Below are positions 1 to 9,940 of a stretch of DNA of 64,000 nt, piece after piece; position 1 is the first letter of the stretch, and each line of letters begins with the position of its first letter. Position numbers and translations under genes: made by a program. The notes beneath the pieces were generated by a model that worked only from the letters and a program-made list of their open reading frames with translations, was not told the DNA's origin and ran no database searches. Origin of the DNA: Bacteroidia bacterium (GTDB lineage: Bacteria > Bacteroidota > Bacteroidia > UKL13-3); the NCBI GenBank assembly GCA_014376805.1, contig JACMQU010000110.1, positions 259 to 64,258 on the forward strand, given 5' to 3'.

Positions 1-2163
1 GTAATCACCACAGTGCCAACAGCATCTTCATTTGCCCAGTCATTTGGAAACTTTAACTGGAGTAATACAGGTCAGACTTCTACTACAAGTATGGCGGGAA
101 ATTTAGCTACAGTTAATGGTAATTTTATAATTACAAGCACCGGATCAAGTGAATTTAGATTTAGTGGAAGTAGCACCACCAACTTAACGGTAGGAGGGAC
201 ATTTACTATTGCACAAGCAGGTAAAATTAATTGTATTACTAGCAGTGGAGGTAGCGCAATAGTTACTATAAATGGCAATTCAAGTATAGACGGAACTTTA
301 AATTTTGCTGCTAATGCAACTACCACAAATACTTTTAACCTGAATGGCGATTTAGCAATTGGAAGTACAGGAGTTATCTCTAATACTTCAGGAGGAGCAG
401 CATCTATTAATTTTTTAAAGACAGGTGCTCAAAATTTCACCATAACAAGTGGTGCAGTTTTAGCTGCTACAACAAAAGTATCATGGAGCATTGCCAATAC
501 CAGTAATGTAACATTAACCGGTAATTTCACCACTTCAAGTGTAGCTGGTCAAACCTTTACTTTAGTTACTGCAGGTTCTGCGGGCACCTTAACAATTGCA
601 GCAGGATCTTCATTTACTCATGCCAATACTACTGCCTCAAGTTGTAACTTTAATGGTAAAAGTGTAACACTTAAATCAAGTATAATTGGAACGGCATCAC
701 TTGGAACTTTTTCATCTGCGCCTGCAAATGCCACAAATATAACGGCAGAGCGTTACTTAGCAGGTGGTGCAAGCCACAGACGTACGCGTTTACTGGCATC
801 TCCGGTTACAAATGGTACGGCATTACAATGGAGAAACAATGGAACGAATGCAATAGGTTTAGGTATTCAGATTACAGGTAATGGTGGTGTTATTAATAAT
901 TTTGATGTTTCAGGTAATAGCAGCAATCCGTCATCAGCATGGACTTATACTACATCTGCAGTTATAAGTACAACTGGCAGCAATGGTGCCGATTGGGTTG
1001 GATTTACAGATGGCAATATGACTTTAACTAATGGAACAGGTTACCGGGTGCTGGTTCGTGGCGACAGATTAAATGACCTGACAACAACCAACTCTGCAAC
1101 AACCAATACTACTATCTTTGTTACCGGATCTTATCCAACTTCAACCGTAACTATTTCAACAATCAGAGATGCTGGTTTTAGCAATGGATGGAATCTTATT
1201 GGAAATCCTTACCCTAGTGCTATAAGTTGGAATGCACTTACAAAAGGGGCAGACTTATCCGGCTCTTATCAGATTTTTGATCCTTCCAGTAATGCCTATG
1301 TATCCTGGAACGGAACAACAGGTTCTGCAACAGATCTAATTGCTTCAGGTCAGGGATTTTTTGTTCTTAGAACTAGTGGTATAAGCGGTTCAGCCGGAGA
1401 TGTAACAATTAATGAAGCCAACAAATCGACAGCTCAGGGAGGTGCATTTTTTGGAAAAAAAGAAATCACCGATTTGTTAAAATTTACGATGAAGTATGAT
1501 AGTTTTAATTATGATGACAGTTATATACATTTCAGAGCAGATGCTTTTGTAGGACCAGATAATTTTGATGCGCTGAAATTTAATAACCCAACCATTAATT
1601 CATGCACTTATGATGGCTTTGGAAACAAATACAATATTAATAGTTTACCATCATTGCTGACTGATGAAAAAATTATTCCAATAAGTGTGTTCAACTCTGC
1701 AAATGCTACTTACTTTTTTGAATTCAGTAACCTGGAAACATTTAGTAACACCGATGTATATCTAATAGATACCTGGCTTAAAGTGACTCAAAAAGTGAGC
1801 AATGATTTTAAATATAATTTCACTTTATCTACAGCAGTTGAATCAAGAGGTGATGGACGTTTTCAATTGATGTTCAAAAAAACATCAACTGGATTGAATG
1901 CTGTAAATGTATCTGAAAAAAACAATTTATACCTGTTTCCAAATCCGGCTAAAGAAGCAATTAATATAGGAATGCATTATCAGATTGGGGATAAATATAA
2001 TTTCGAAATTCATGACCAGTTAGGGCAGCAAATACGCACTGGAGTTATTAATTTTACTGGCACTTTTATACCGTCTATCGCGATTGATGAATTAAACAAC
2101 GGGGTTTATTTTATAACCATCAGCAATAATAAAACCTTACAGAAAATAAAATTTATCAAATAA
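1..2163 (+). CDS. Large secreted protein with T9SS C-terminal sorting domain (5' end outside window)
   Basis: The frame is open from nt 1 and the visible N-terminus has no signal peptide, so the gene starts upstream. The body is Thr/Ser/Asn/Gly-rich and repetitive. The last ~80 aa (LYLFPNPAKEAINI...NGVYFITISNN...KIKFIK) fit the Por/T9SS CTD pattern. Confidence 0.7.
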   Translation, partial: VITTVPTASSFAQSFGNFNWSNTGQTSTTSMAGNLATVNGNFIITSTGSSEFRFSGSSTTNLTVGGTFTIAQAGKINCITSSGGSAIVTINGNSSIDGTLNFAANATTTNTFNLNGDLAIGSTGVISNTSGGAASINFLKTGAQNFTITSGAVLAATTKVSWSIANTSNVTLTGNFTTSSVAGQTFTLVTAGSAGTLTIAAGSSFTHANTTASSCNFNGKSVTLKSSIIGTASLGTFSSAPANATNITAERYLAGGASHRRTRLLASPVTNGTALQWRNNGTNAIGLGIQITGNGGVINNFDVSGNSSNPSSAWTYTTSAVISTTGSNGADWVGFTDGNMTLTNGTGYRVLVRGDRLNDLTTTNSATTNTTIFVTGSYPTSTVTISTIRDAGFSNGWNLIGNPYPSAISWNALTKGADLSGSYQIFDPSSNAYVSWNGTTGSATDLIASGQGFFVLRTSGISGSAGDVTINEANKSTAQGGAFFGKKEITDLLKFTMKYDSFNYDDSYIHFRADAFVGPDNFDALKFNNPTINSCTYDGFGNKYNINSLPSLLTDEKIIPISVFNSANATYFFEFSNLETFSNTDVYLIDTWLKVTQKVSNDFKYNFTLSTAVESRGDGRFQLMFKKTSTGLNAVNVSEKNNLYLFPNPAKEAINIGMHYQIGDKYNFEIHDQLGQQIRTGVINFTGTFIPSIAIDELNNGVYFITISNNKTLQKIKFIK

Positions 2164-2214
2164 AATTATATCAAAAATATTTCTTTTTTAAATATCAATC
2201 AAAAAATAAAATAC

Positions 2215-2430
2215 ATGAAAAATACAATAAAGCTTATATTTTTTTCAATGCTTGCCCTTTGTTTAAGCACAACAATTTATGCACAACCCGGACTTGATGA
2301 TGATGGGGTAAGCGATGCCCCTTTAGATGGAGGAATTTCTCTTTTAGCTAGTGCAGGACTTGCATTTGGAATTAAAAAATTGTATGATCAGAAATCAGGT
2401 AAATCAAAAGATAAACCGGAAGTTGAATGA
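2215..2430 (+). CDS. Small exported protein ending in a motif + TM helix + basic cluster (CTERM-type sorting-signal-like)
   Basis: N-terminal signal peptide (MKNTIKLIFFSMLALCLSTTIYAQ). The C-terminal half reads APLDGG-ISLLASAGLAFGI-KKLYDQK. A hairpin terminator follows. Confidence 0.5.
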   Translation: MKNTIKLIFFSMLALCLSTTIYAQPGLDDDGVSDAPLDGGISLLASAGLAFGIKKLYDQKSGKSKDKPEVE

Positions 2431-2460
2431 ACAATTTTTCTGTTCATTTTATCTTTTTTA
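2427..2460 (+). terminator. Putative intrinsic terminator
   Basis: ATGAACA (2427-2433) and TGTTCAT (2441-2447) form a 7-bp stem with a 7-nt loop, followed by a T-rich tract (tttatctttttt). Confidence 0.4.
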
Positions 2461-2614
2461 AATTGTTTTTTGAACCGAAGTGTTTTACACATTTTAGAGT
2501 GATCAGGAAATTCAGAGATCTATGTTTTTTCTGTTAATCTCATGAATTCCTGAACATAAAAAACCAATAGGCAAATTTATTTACGTCTGATATTTAATTA
2601 TTAAAAGTATAGAT

Positions 2615-3226
2615 ATGCAACCGATCACACTTAAAAGGTGGAGAAAGTTTTCCAGCAGTTTATTAATTGATGGATTTGTGTTAATTGCCAATATTATATT
2701 GTTATTGATACTTTATCGATCCATCAGATCTATTATTTCTTTTGGCGATCATTTAAATAAAAACATTGGAAATTTATTACATGAAAAATCTTATTTAAGA
2801 AACGCTGCAATTAAAGCGTTAAAGAATGGAAGAATAATTGTGCAGGATTATGATTTATCTGTAGATAGCATTATGCTACAGGACGATTTAAATTTGACGA
2901 TGCTCTTAACAATTTTCTGTGCTATATTGCTTCCTGTTCTTTTTGCTGTTATTTATTGTTATATACTTCATTTAAGTCATTTTGCAAAGCAGCGTTCAAT
3001 AGTTTTAACCATAGGTTTTTTGTCTGCAGCGTTGTCTTTATTTTATTATGAATTCAATAAATTTCTTTCTGATCAGGAACCTTATACTTTCTTTCTTACC
3101 ACTGTCGCATCTTTAATTATATACTTGTTTCTTTATGTTTTCATTATAAATACACCCAAAGAGTCCGGAGGATATTATGAGTCGGAAAGGCATGATGAAT
3201 CTACCATTATTGAACTGGTGGTTTAG
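2615..3226 (+). CDS. Hypothetical multi-pass membrane protein
   Basis: 203-aa ORF with several long hydrophobic segments (LLIDGFVLIANIILLLILY, MLLTIFCAILLPVLFAVIYCYIL, TVASLIIYLFLYVFII). No recognisable catalytic motif. Confidence 0.45.
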   Translation: MQPITLKRWRKFSSSLLIDGFVLIANIILLLILYRSIRSIISFGDHLNKNIGNLLHEKSYLRNAAIKALKNGRIIVQDYDLSVDSIMLQDDLNLTMLLTIFCAILLPVLFAVIYCYILHLSHFAKQRSIVLTIGFLSAALSLFYYEFNKFLSDQEPYTFFLTTVASLIIYLFLYVFIINTPKESGGYYESERHDESTIIELVV

Positions 3227-3857
3227 GCAGTGTTAATAATATCTAAATCAATTCTACTTTGATACCAGTAATTAAGAATATACTAATAAACTAAAGTATG
3301 AATACAGGAGTAATTATATTTATAGTTCTGATTCCATAATAATTTTTTATAGTAATTTTTAAAAAGTATCTTTAACGGACAACGCCACTATATATTTAAA
3401 TCCTGTTAATTTCAGCATTTTTAATAGTGGATTTTTTTAAAAATATTTCATTTTTACCTTCATTGATCCCTTCCTATGCATCTACTCTAATGCTATAATT
3501 TTGAAACATTTAACCAGTAATGGTTTACTTATGGTAGAACCGGTACAAAATTATGCTTTAAAAAAAAGATGATAGGGAACGCTAACAAATAAACGTTAGA
3601 AAATAAAGCAGGTAGGTTTTTTTTCTACCTTTAAAAAAAATGATCCATTGTTAGCCTTGGCATACCCTTAAGTTATTTAAAAGTAAACTTAGATATTGAC
3701 TTTCACTTACGTTAAAATGAGTTTTGCTTTACTAAAACGTATTAAAATGAATCCTTAAAACTGTTCTTTTCTAATTAAGCGTTTTACATGCTGTCCTTCT
3801 TTGAACACAATTATTCAATAACAATATACTAACCTTCAAAACTTGTACAGTAAAACT

Positions 3858-3865
3858 TACTTTTG
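3858..3865 (+). promoter_or_regulatory. Bacteroidota -7 box (TACTTTTG) for the TonB receptor gene
   Basis: Exact match to TAnnTTTG, 28 nt upstream of ATG 3893. It lies inside the TTG-extended ORF call (3863), which argues for the ATG start. Confidence 0.4.
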
Positions 3866-3892
3866 TGCATAAACTTTAACTTGATTCTAAAG

Positions 3893-6100
3893 ATGAAAAA
3901 AAATAAATTGATTATTATTCTACTGCTTTTTATTTATGCTTCTACTTATTGCAAAGCGCAAAATATTTTTAACGTAATTGTTTTAGACAAAGATGAAAAA
4001 GAGCCGCTTTCGGGAGTGAATGTTTCTATAATTGGAGTAGCGAATAGGGCAATTACGGATAAATCTGGCAAAGCAATATTAACGCAAATTGCGAATGGAA
4101 AACAAGTTATTGAATTTAAATATCCGGGATTTATCACCAGAGTTGATACTTTCTTTTTTCCGTTAATAAGTGAAAAAATTATTACTGTTTATTTGGAAGA
4201 AGAAAATGAAGACCTTGAAGAAATTGTTGTTTCAAGCACACGCAGCAGTCGACTAATTTCAGATATCCCAACTCGTATTGAAACAATAGCCGCTGAAGAG
4301 TTAGAAGAAAAAGGAGCTGATCAGCCAGGCAATATTAAAATGATACTTACTGAAAGTACAGGGATACAAACTCAACAAACTTCTGCCACTTCTGCCAATG
4401 CCAGCATAAGAATTCAAGGTCTTGACGGAAAGTATACGCAACTTTTAAAAGATGGCTTTCCACTTTATGCGGGATTTGCCGGAGGTTTAAGTATTCTGCA
4501 AATTCCACCACTTGATTTAAAAAGAGTAGAAGTAATAAAAGGCTCTGCATCTACATTATATGGTGGTGGTGCTATTGCAGGCCTGATTAATCTTATTACG
4601 AAAGATCCTGCTGAGAAAAGAGAGCTTACTTTTATGACAAATGTTACCAGTGCAAAAGGACTGGACCTAAGCGGATATTACAATCAAAAATTCAAAAAAA
4701 TAGGAATTACTTTTTTTGTAGCCAGAAATACTCAGCAAGCATATGACCCTAATAAAGATAACCTTTCAGATATTCCTCAATACGATAGATATACTTTTAA
4801 TCCGCGTTTTTTTTATTATTTTAGTCCTACAGCAACCTTAAGTTTAGGCTTTAATTCTACTGTTGAAAATCGTTTAGGAGGAGATATGCAGGTTATTCAA
4901 AACAAAACAGATTCCGCACATACTTATTTTGAGAAGAACATAACTAACCGCTATTCTACTCAATTAAAATTTGTAAAAAACTTTAAAAACAAATCAGTTA
5001 TTACCGTAAAGAATAGTATTACCCATTTCTCCCGAAACATTGCTTGGAGAAATTATAATTTTGGTGGCCAGCAAATAGCAGGATATACAGAACTAACTTA
5101 TCTGTTACCTAAAGAGAAAACAGAATGGGTGAGTGGACTTAATGTGTGGACAGACCAGTTTAAAGAAACACCCAACGTTTCATTAGTTCAAAGAGATTAC
5201 ACCCAATTTACCGTTGGTGCTTTTGTTCAGAACCATTGGAACCTTACGGAAATGTTTATAGCAGAAACAGGCTTAAGGTTAGATTATGTGAATCAGGTTG
5301 CGCCACTGCAGACCAACAAAAACAGTTTTCATTTATTGCCAAGACTTTCCTTACTCTATAAATTAACGGGTAATTTTACGATTCGTCTCGGAGGAGGTAT
5401 GGGGTATAAAGCACCAACTATTTTTTCTGAATCGGCAGAAGCTACAGGATTCGTAAATATCAAACCCATCAATATTCAACGCAGTAATTCGGAAACTTCT
5501 ATAGGTGGAAATTTTGATATTAATTACCGCATTTTGCTATTTGAAGACATTTCTTTCACGATAAATGAAATGTTATTTTATACCCGGTTAAACAATCCTC
5601 TGATATTAAATTATATCCCTGTAATTAATGCAAATGAATTTGCCAATGCCAATGGAAATTTGACAACACAGGGCAGTGAAACTAATTTAAAATTTAAATA
5701 TGAGCATATTGGAATATACGTTGGTTACACTTTTATTGATGCACAAAGACATTATGATAGGGTAAGTATTATAAATCCATTAACTGCAAAACACAGAGTA
5801 AATTTTATGCTTATGTATGAAGTTGAAAATAAAATACGGATTGGTTTTGAGGCATTTTATATTTCATCGCAGGTTTTAAACAATGGCCTTCATACACGCG
5901 ATTACTGGATGATGGGCATTTCAGCAGAAAAGAAATTTAAACACTTCACCCTGTTTATAAATGCAGAGAATTTTTTAGATACCCGACAATCAAAGTACCA
6001 ACCAATGTATGTTGGTTCTATTCAAAATCCACAGTTTTCAGAAATCTGGGCACCAACTGATGGATTTGTTTTTAATGGTGGGTTCAAAATAATTTTGTAA
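3893..6100 (+). CDS. TonB-dependent receptor (CarboxypepD_reg + plug + beta-barrel)
   Basis: Signal peptide MKKNKLIIILLLFIYASTYCKAQ. N-terminal carboxypeptidase-regulatory-like segment (FNVIVLDKDEKEPLSGVNVSIIG), plug motifs (RVEVIKGSASTLYGGGAIAGLINLITK) and a long alternating beta-strand body. Start set at ATG 3893 rather than TTG 3863. Confidence 0.85.
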   Translation: MKKNKLIIILLLFIYASTYCKAQNIFNVIVLDKDEKEPLSGVNVSIIGVANRAITDKSGKAILTQIANGKQVIEFKYPGFITRVDTFFFPLISEKIITVYLEEENEDLEEIVVSSTRSSRLISDIPTRIETIAAEELEEKGADQPGNIKMILTESTGIQTQQTSATSANASIRIQGLDGKYTQLLKDGFPLYAGFAGGLSILQIPPLDLKRVEVIKGSASTLYGGGAIAGLINLITKDPAEKRELTFMTNVTSAKGLDLSGYYNQKFKKIGITFFVARNTQQAYDPNKDNLSDIPQYDRYTFNPRFFYYFSPTATLSLGFNSTVENRLGGDMQVIQNKTDSAHTYFEKNITNRYSTQLKFVKNFKNKSVITVKNSITHFSRNIAWRNYNFGGQQIAGYTELTYLLPKEKTEWVSGLNVWTDQFKETPNVSLVQRDYTQFTVGAFVQNHWNLTEMFIAETGLRLDYVNQVAPLQTNKNSFHLLPRLSLLYKLTGNFTIRLGGGMGYKAPTIFSESAEATGFVNIKPINIQRSNSETSIGGNFDINYRILLFEDISFTINEMLFYTRLNNPLILNYIPVINANEFANANGNLTTQGSETNLKFKYEHIGIYVGYTFIDAQRHYDRVSIINPLTAKHRVNFMLMYEVENKIRIGFEAFYISSQVLNNGLHTRDYWMMGISAEKKFKHFTLFINAENFLDTRQSKYQPMYVGSIQNPQFSEIWAPTDGFVFNGGFKIIL

Positions 6101-6243
6101 TAATGAGTTGTTAACACAATTTTATAACGCATAATTTTTTGTTACTTATAATTACCTCCTTAGCTTTCACACAAATTTTTTAAACTAACAAACTATTTTG
6201 AGAGGAATTCTGATTATTATAATTTAACAAATTTTAGGTTAAT

Positions 6244-6695
6244 ATGCCTAAAAATTTTCTGATGAATAAAACCTAAATTATCTGCGCAATATTAAAAAAT
6301 TAATAACCGAAATAGAGGCATACAGTAATGATGCATCCCAGCAGCTGGTAATGGGTAAAATCTCAAAACTGTGTGGGAATTTGGCTTAACATTTAATAGG
6401 AAACTTAAATCATTTTTTAGGTTCAACCTTTGGTAAAACAGACTTTGTACGTGATAGGGATGCAGAGTTCAGTACCAAAAAACTTACAAAATTGCAACTT
6501 GTGCAATTGTTAGTTGAAGCCAACTTACAAGTAACAAACACTTTTTTTAACCTTAACGAAAGTGATATGCAAAACAATTACCCTTTTGATTTTGCGGGTA
6601 AACATTCCACAGAATTTTACCTGATATTTTTTATCTCTCATTTTGAATACCATTTGGGTCAGATAAATTACTATAGAAGAATAAGTGAAAATTAA
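6244..6695 (+). pseudogene. DinB/DUF1572-family gene disrupted by a frame change and an in-frame stop
   Basis: ATG 6244 runs into TAA at 6274-6276. The family-like sequence continues in the next frame (NLNYLRNIKKLITEIEAY...ISKLCGNLA), which has TAA at 6267 upstream and is then interrupted by TAA at 6387-6389. It continues HLIGNLNHFLGSTFGKTDFVRDRDAEFSTKK...FEYHLGQINYYRRI to 6695. Confidence 0.6.
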
Positions 6696-6702
6696 TTTAC
6701 GT

Positions 6703-7452
6703 TTATTTTACTATACCGGTTCTTGAGGTTTGTGAATTAACAGAAAAGCATCCTAAAGCTCCGTTGCTGATATTGGAAACAGGATTAGCCGGTGGAGCAG
6801 ATAAAAACTGATCAAAGTCTTCTCCATTTACCGGCAGACTCTTGTAGAAATTGTATGTGGCTTTATCTATGCTTCTTAAATATACTGTTACCATACTATT
6901 ATAAAAAAGACTTTTTTTAAATGTAATTGAAATTTCTTTACCATCGGTAAGTTTATCATCCAGTACATATCTATCTTTGTAATGCGGGAAGGTTTCAACT
7001 ATGTAGTAATTAGCCTTGTTAGGAGGATCTTTAAATTTACATCCATACTTATAATAATTAGGTTTATCATATTGAAAAAATATGGTATCAATAGGCACCG
7101 TAACAGGTAATGTTGAAAAGGAACTGTACCTGCTTCCATCTTTTGTAATAATATTTAAGAAATAAGTTCGGTCAACTATTTTTTTAATTGTAACTGTTGA
7201 ATAATATCCATTACTAAATTCTCTTAGCGTATCTATTTGGCCCATATTATCCGAAATAATAACCATGGCACCTGTTTCGTTTATTTGTTTATTTTCATAA
7301 TAATTAACTGATCTGCTAAGCGAAGCAAAGTTGTAACTGGCATCTACCACTAATTTCGGATTTGTAGTGTTCAGGTCAATGTGAACAATTTTTTCACATG
7401 AACATAAAACAATAAGTGAAATTAAAAGCATCTCTTTGTATGTTGATTTCAT
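6703..7452 (-). CDS. DUF4249-like lipoprotein, partner of the adjacent TonB receptor
   Basis: Lipoprotein signal (LIVLCSC). The C-terminal GALGCFSVNS motif resembles the DUF4249 end. It sits 6 nt downstream of the receptor gene on the same strand and is a paralogue of 57025..57873. Confidence 0.65.
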   Translation of the reverse strand: MKSTYKEMLLISLIVLCSCEKIVHIDLNTTNPKLVVDASYNFASLSRSVNYYENKQINETGAMVIISDNMGQIDTLREFSNGYYSTVTIKKIVDRTYFLNIITKDGSRYSSFSTLPVTVPIDTIFFQYDKPNYYKYGCKFKDPPNKANYYIVETFPHYKDRYVLDDKLTDGKEISITFKKSLFYNSMVTVYLRSIDKATYNFYKSLPVNGEDFDQFLSAPPANPVSNISNGALGCFSVNSQTSRTGIVK

Positions 7453-7458
7453 GCTTTC

Positions 7459-9801
7459 TCAGAATTTAAAATTATAAGTTATGGCCGGAACCACGCTAAA
7501 CAATGATAACTGTACAGCCTGATTTTGATAGGGTGCATTCAAATCTTTTTGAAACGTAATAGAGTAAGCATTCTCTCTGGCATAAACATTATAGACAGAA
7601 AAATTCCAGCTTGATTCATATTTTGGTTTGGGTTTACCCTTCCATGTTAAGCCTAAATCCATGCGATGATAAGCAGGCATTCTATAACCATTGCGTTCGG
7701 TGTACAGGTTATATACATTGCCATTAAAATAATAAGTACCGGATGGAAAAGTAACAGCAAAACCGGTTTGATATACCCATACAGCTGATACGGTTAATCG
7801 CTTTGAAATTTGATATATAGTTACGATGGATATTGAATTGATAATATCCTGCCGGGCCGGATAAACGTTGCCAAAATTGATATTATCGAACTGCCGCAGG
7901 GTGCGGGAAAGTGTATAGCCGATCCAACCGGTGAAATTACCTTGTTTTTTCTTTACCAGCATTTCTATACCATATGCCCAACCGCGGCCAAAATATAACT
8001 GTGATTCAACAGCTTTGTTCAATCTCAGATCGGCACCGTCTTTATAATCAATCTGGTTTTGCATGTTTTTATAATAAGCTTCCGCAGAGGTTTCATACAT
8101 ATTGTTTTTGAAGTTTTTATAATAACCAAGTGATATCTGATCGCTAATTTGTGGCTTAACTAGTTTACCTGAAGGAATCCACAAATCAATGGGTGTAGAA
8201 GCTGTTGTGTTGGTCAATAATTGTAAGTATTGATTTATGTGATGATAAGCAGCCTTAACGGAACTTGATTCATTTAATAAATATACCACAGAAATTCTGG
8301 GTTCAATGCCTGCATAAGTGTTATAGATTTTATACTTTGAATAAATAGAAGAGTCGTTAATATTGCCAGTTTCATCAAAAGAAAATACTGTAGATGGCCC
8401 CAGGTTATTAAAAACAGAAAATCTAATCCCATAGTTTATAGTTACCCTGCTGTTAAATTTATAATTATCACTAACATAAAGTCCGCTTTCACTGGCATAT
8501 TTTTTTTCAATAGTCTGATCCAATATTTTTATGCTGTTAATATCTGAAGTATTTAAACTCACCTCACCCGGAGTAAATGTATGAAGCGTACTTTGTAATC
8601 CGAATTTAAAAGAGTGTTTAGCACTAAAGTAATATTGAAAATCTTCTTTTAAAGAGAAGTCCCGGATGCCGGTAGTAATAGCAAACTGAGCATTGCCGGT
8701 GCCTAGTATGAAATTGCTTTTATAATTGTTGTAAAGGAGAGAACTGTTAAAAAACAGTTTACTATTAAATATATGATTCCACCTAAAAGTGGCAGTTTTA
8801 TTACTCCAATAGGTTTCAATTCTTCTGTTCTTATTATTATCAAACACAAAATTGTCTTTGCCAAAATAGCCCGAAAAAAATATCCGGTCTTTTATTCCAA
8901 TTTGGTAACTCACTTTCAAATTCAAATCGTAGAAATACATAATCGTATTTTTTATCTGAGGCGGACCAAAAGCCCTTGCATACATATCGGCATAAGACCT
9001 CCTGGCGGAAATAATAAAGGAGCTTTTATTTTTTACAACAGGCCCTACCAGAGTGAGGCGTGAGGCAATTAAACCGATACCACCCGTTGTTTTAAATTGT
9101 TTATTATTACCATCATTCATTTTAATATCAAAGGCCGAAGAAATTCTTCCGCCATATTCAGCAGGGATTCCACTTTTGTAAATGGTAATACCTTTAATAG
9201 CATCAGAATTAAATACAGAAAAAAAACCAAGCACATGGGAAGGGTTATAAATAGTGGCTTCATCCAGAAGAATCAGGTTTTGATCGGCACTTCCTCCTCT
9301 TACATAAAAGCCACTATTTCCTTCGCTTATTCCTTTAATACCAGGTAATAACTGAATGGTTTTGAGGAGGTCTTTCTCTCCAAAAAAAACAGGAATTACA
9401 CTTATCTCTTTGATAGATATTTTTTCAATACCCATTTGTGAGGAACTTACATTTTTGTTTGCTGCTTCGCCTATAATCACGGCCTCCTTCATTTGATTGA
9501 TTTTTTCTGTAAGAGTGAGATTTAATTGTATATTCCTGTTTAACTCAATTAATGTATCAATATCATTATAACCCGTGAAACGATAAAATAAACGGTACAA
9601 ATCTGGTTTTAATGAAAGCGAATAAAATCCGTAAGCATTAGAAACCACACCTGTATGCGGCATTTGTTTTACAGAAACTGTAACTCCTATCATAGCTTCA
9701 CCGCTTTTCTCCTCATGCAGAGTGCCACTAACGGTAAAGTGAGTTTGAGAAAAGGCAGTGTGGTAAAAAAAAATACTAATGAAGAAGTAAAATAACTTCA
9801 T
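7459..9801 (-). CDS. TonB-dependent receptor (CarboxypepD_reg type)
   Basis: Signal peptide, FTVSGTL..GEAMIGVTVSV regulatory-like domain, plug motifs (DLLKTIQLLPGI, FYVRGGSADQNLILLDEATIYNPSH, FSVFNSDAIK), barrel ending NFKF. By eye roughly half of the aligned N-terminal residues match 54602..57022. Confidence 0.9.
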   Translation of the reverse strand: MKLFYFFISIFFYHTAFSQTHFTVSGTLHEEKSGEAMIGVTVSVKQMPHTGVVSNAYGFYSLSLKPDLYRLFYRFTGYNDIDTLIELNRNIQLNLTLTEKINQMKEAVIIGEAANKNVSSSQMGIEKISIKEISVIPVFFGEKDLLKTIQLLPGIKGISEGNSGFYVRGGSADQNLILLDEATIYNPSHVLGFFSVFNSDAIKGITIYKSGIPAEYGGRISSAFDIKMNDGNNKQFKTTGGIGLIASRLTLVGPVVKNKSSFIISARRSYADMYARAFGPPQIKNTIMYFYDLNLKVSYQIGIKDRIFFSGYFGKDNFVFDNNKNRRIETYWSNKTATFRWNHIFNSKLFFNSSLLYNNYKSNFILGTGNAQFAITTGIRDFSLKEDFQYYFSAKHSFKFGLQSTLHTFTPGEVSLNTSDINSIKILDQTIEKKYASESGLYVSDNYKFNSRVTINYGIRFSVFNNLGPSTVFSFDETGNINDSSIYSKYKIYNTYAGIEPRISVVYLLNESSSVKAAYHHINQYLQLLTNTTASTPIDLWIPSGKLVKPQISDQISLGYYKNFKNNMYETSAEAYYKNMQNQIDYKDGADLRLNKAVESQLYFGRGWAYGIEMLVKKKQGNFTGWIGYTLSRTLRQFDNINFGNVYPARQDIINSISIVTIYQISKRLTVSAVWVYQTGFAVTFPSGTYYFNGNVYNLYTERNGYRMPAYHRMDLGLTWKGKPKPKYESSWNFSVYNVYARENAYSITFQKDLNAPYQNQAVQLSLFSVVPAITYNFKF

Positions 9802-9940
9802 GTGGTAACGGATTGATTATAAAACAAACCTATCAATTGTTTCAATATTTTTAAATAAAAAATAATTGAGATAGCGTTCAACTTACTAAGTATTTTATTT
9901 TTAAAGTATAAAATGAAACACCACCGGGTATCTGCTTATA

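Noticed and set aside
3480-3640. Possible cobalamin or other riboswitch upstream of the TonB receptor (the segment contains agggaa and short hairpins).
   Set aside because: No B12-box-like core and no coherent multi-stem architecture could be traced. The consensus -7 box lies far downstream at 3858-3865, so this region is probably not in the receptor leader.
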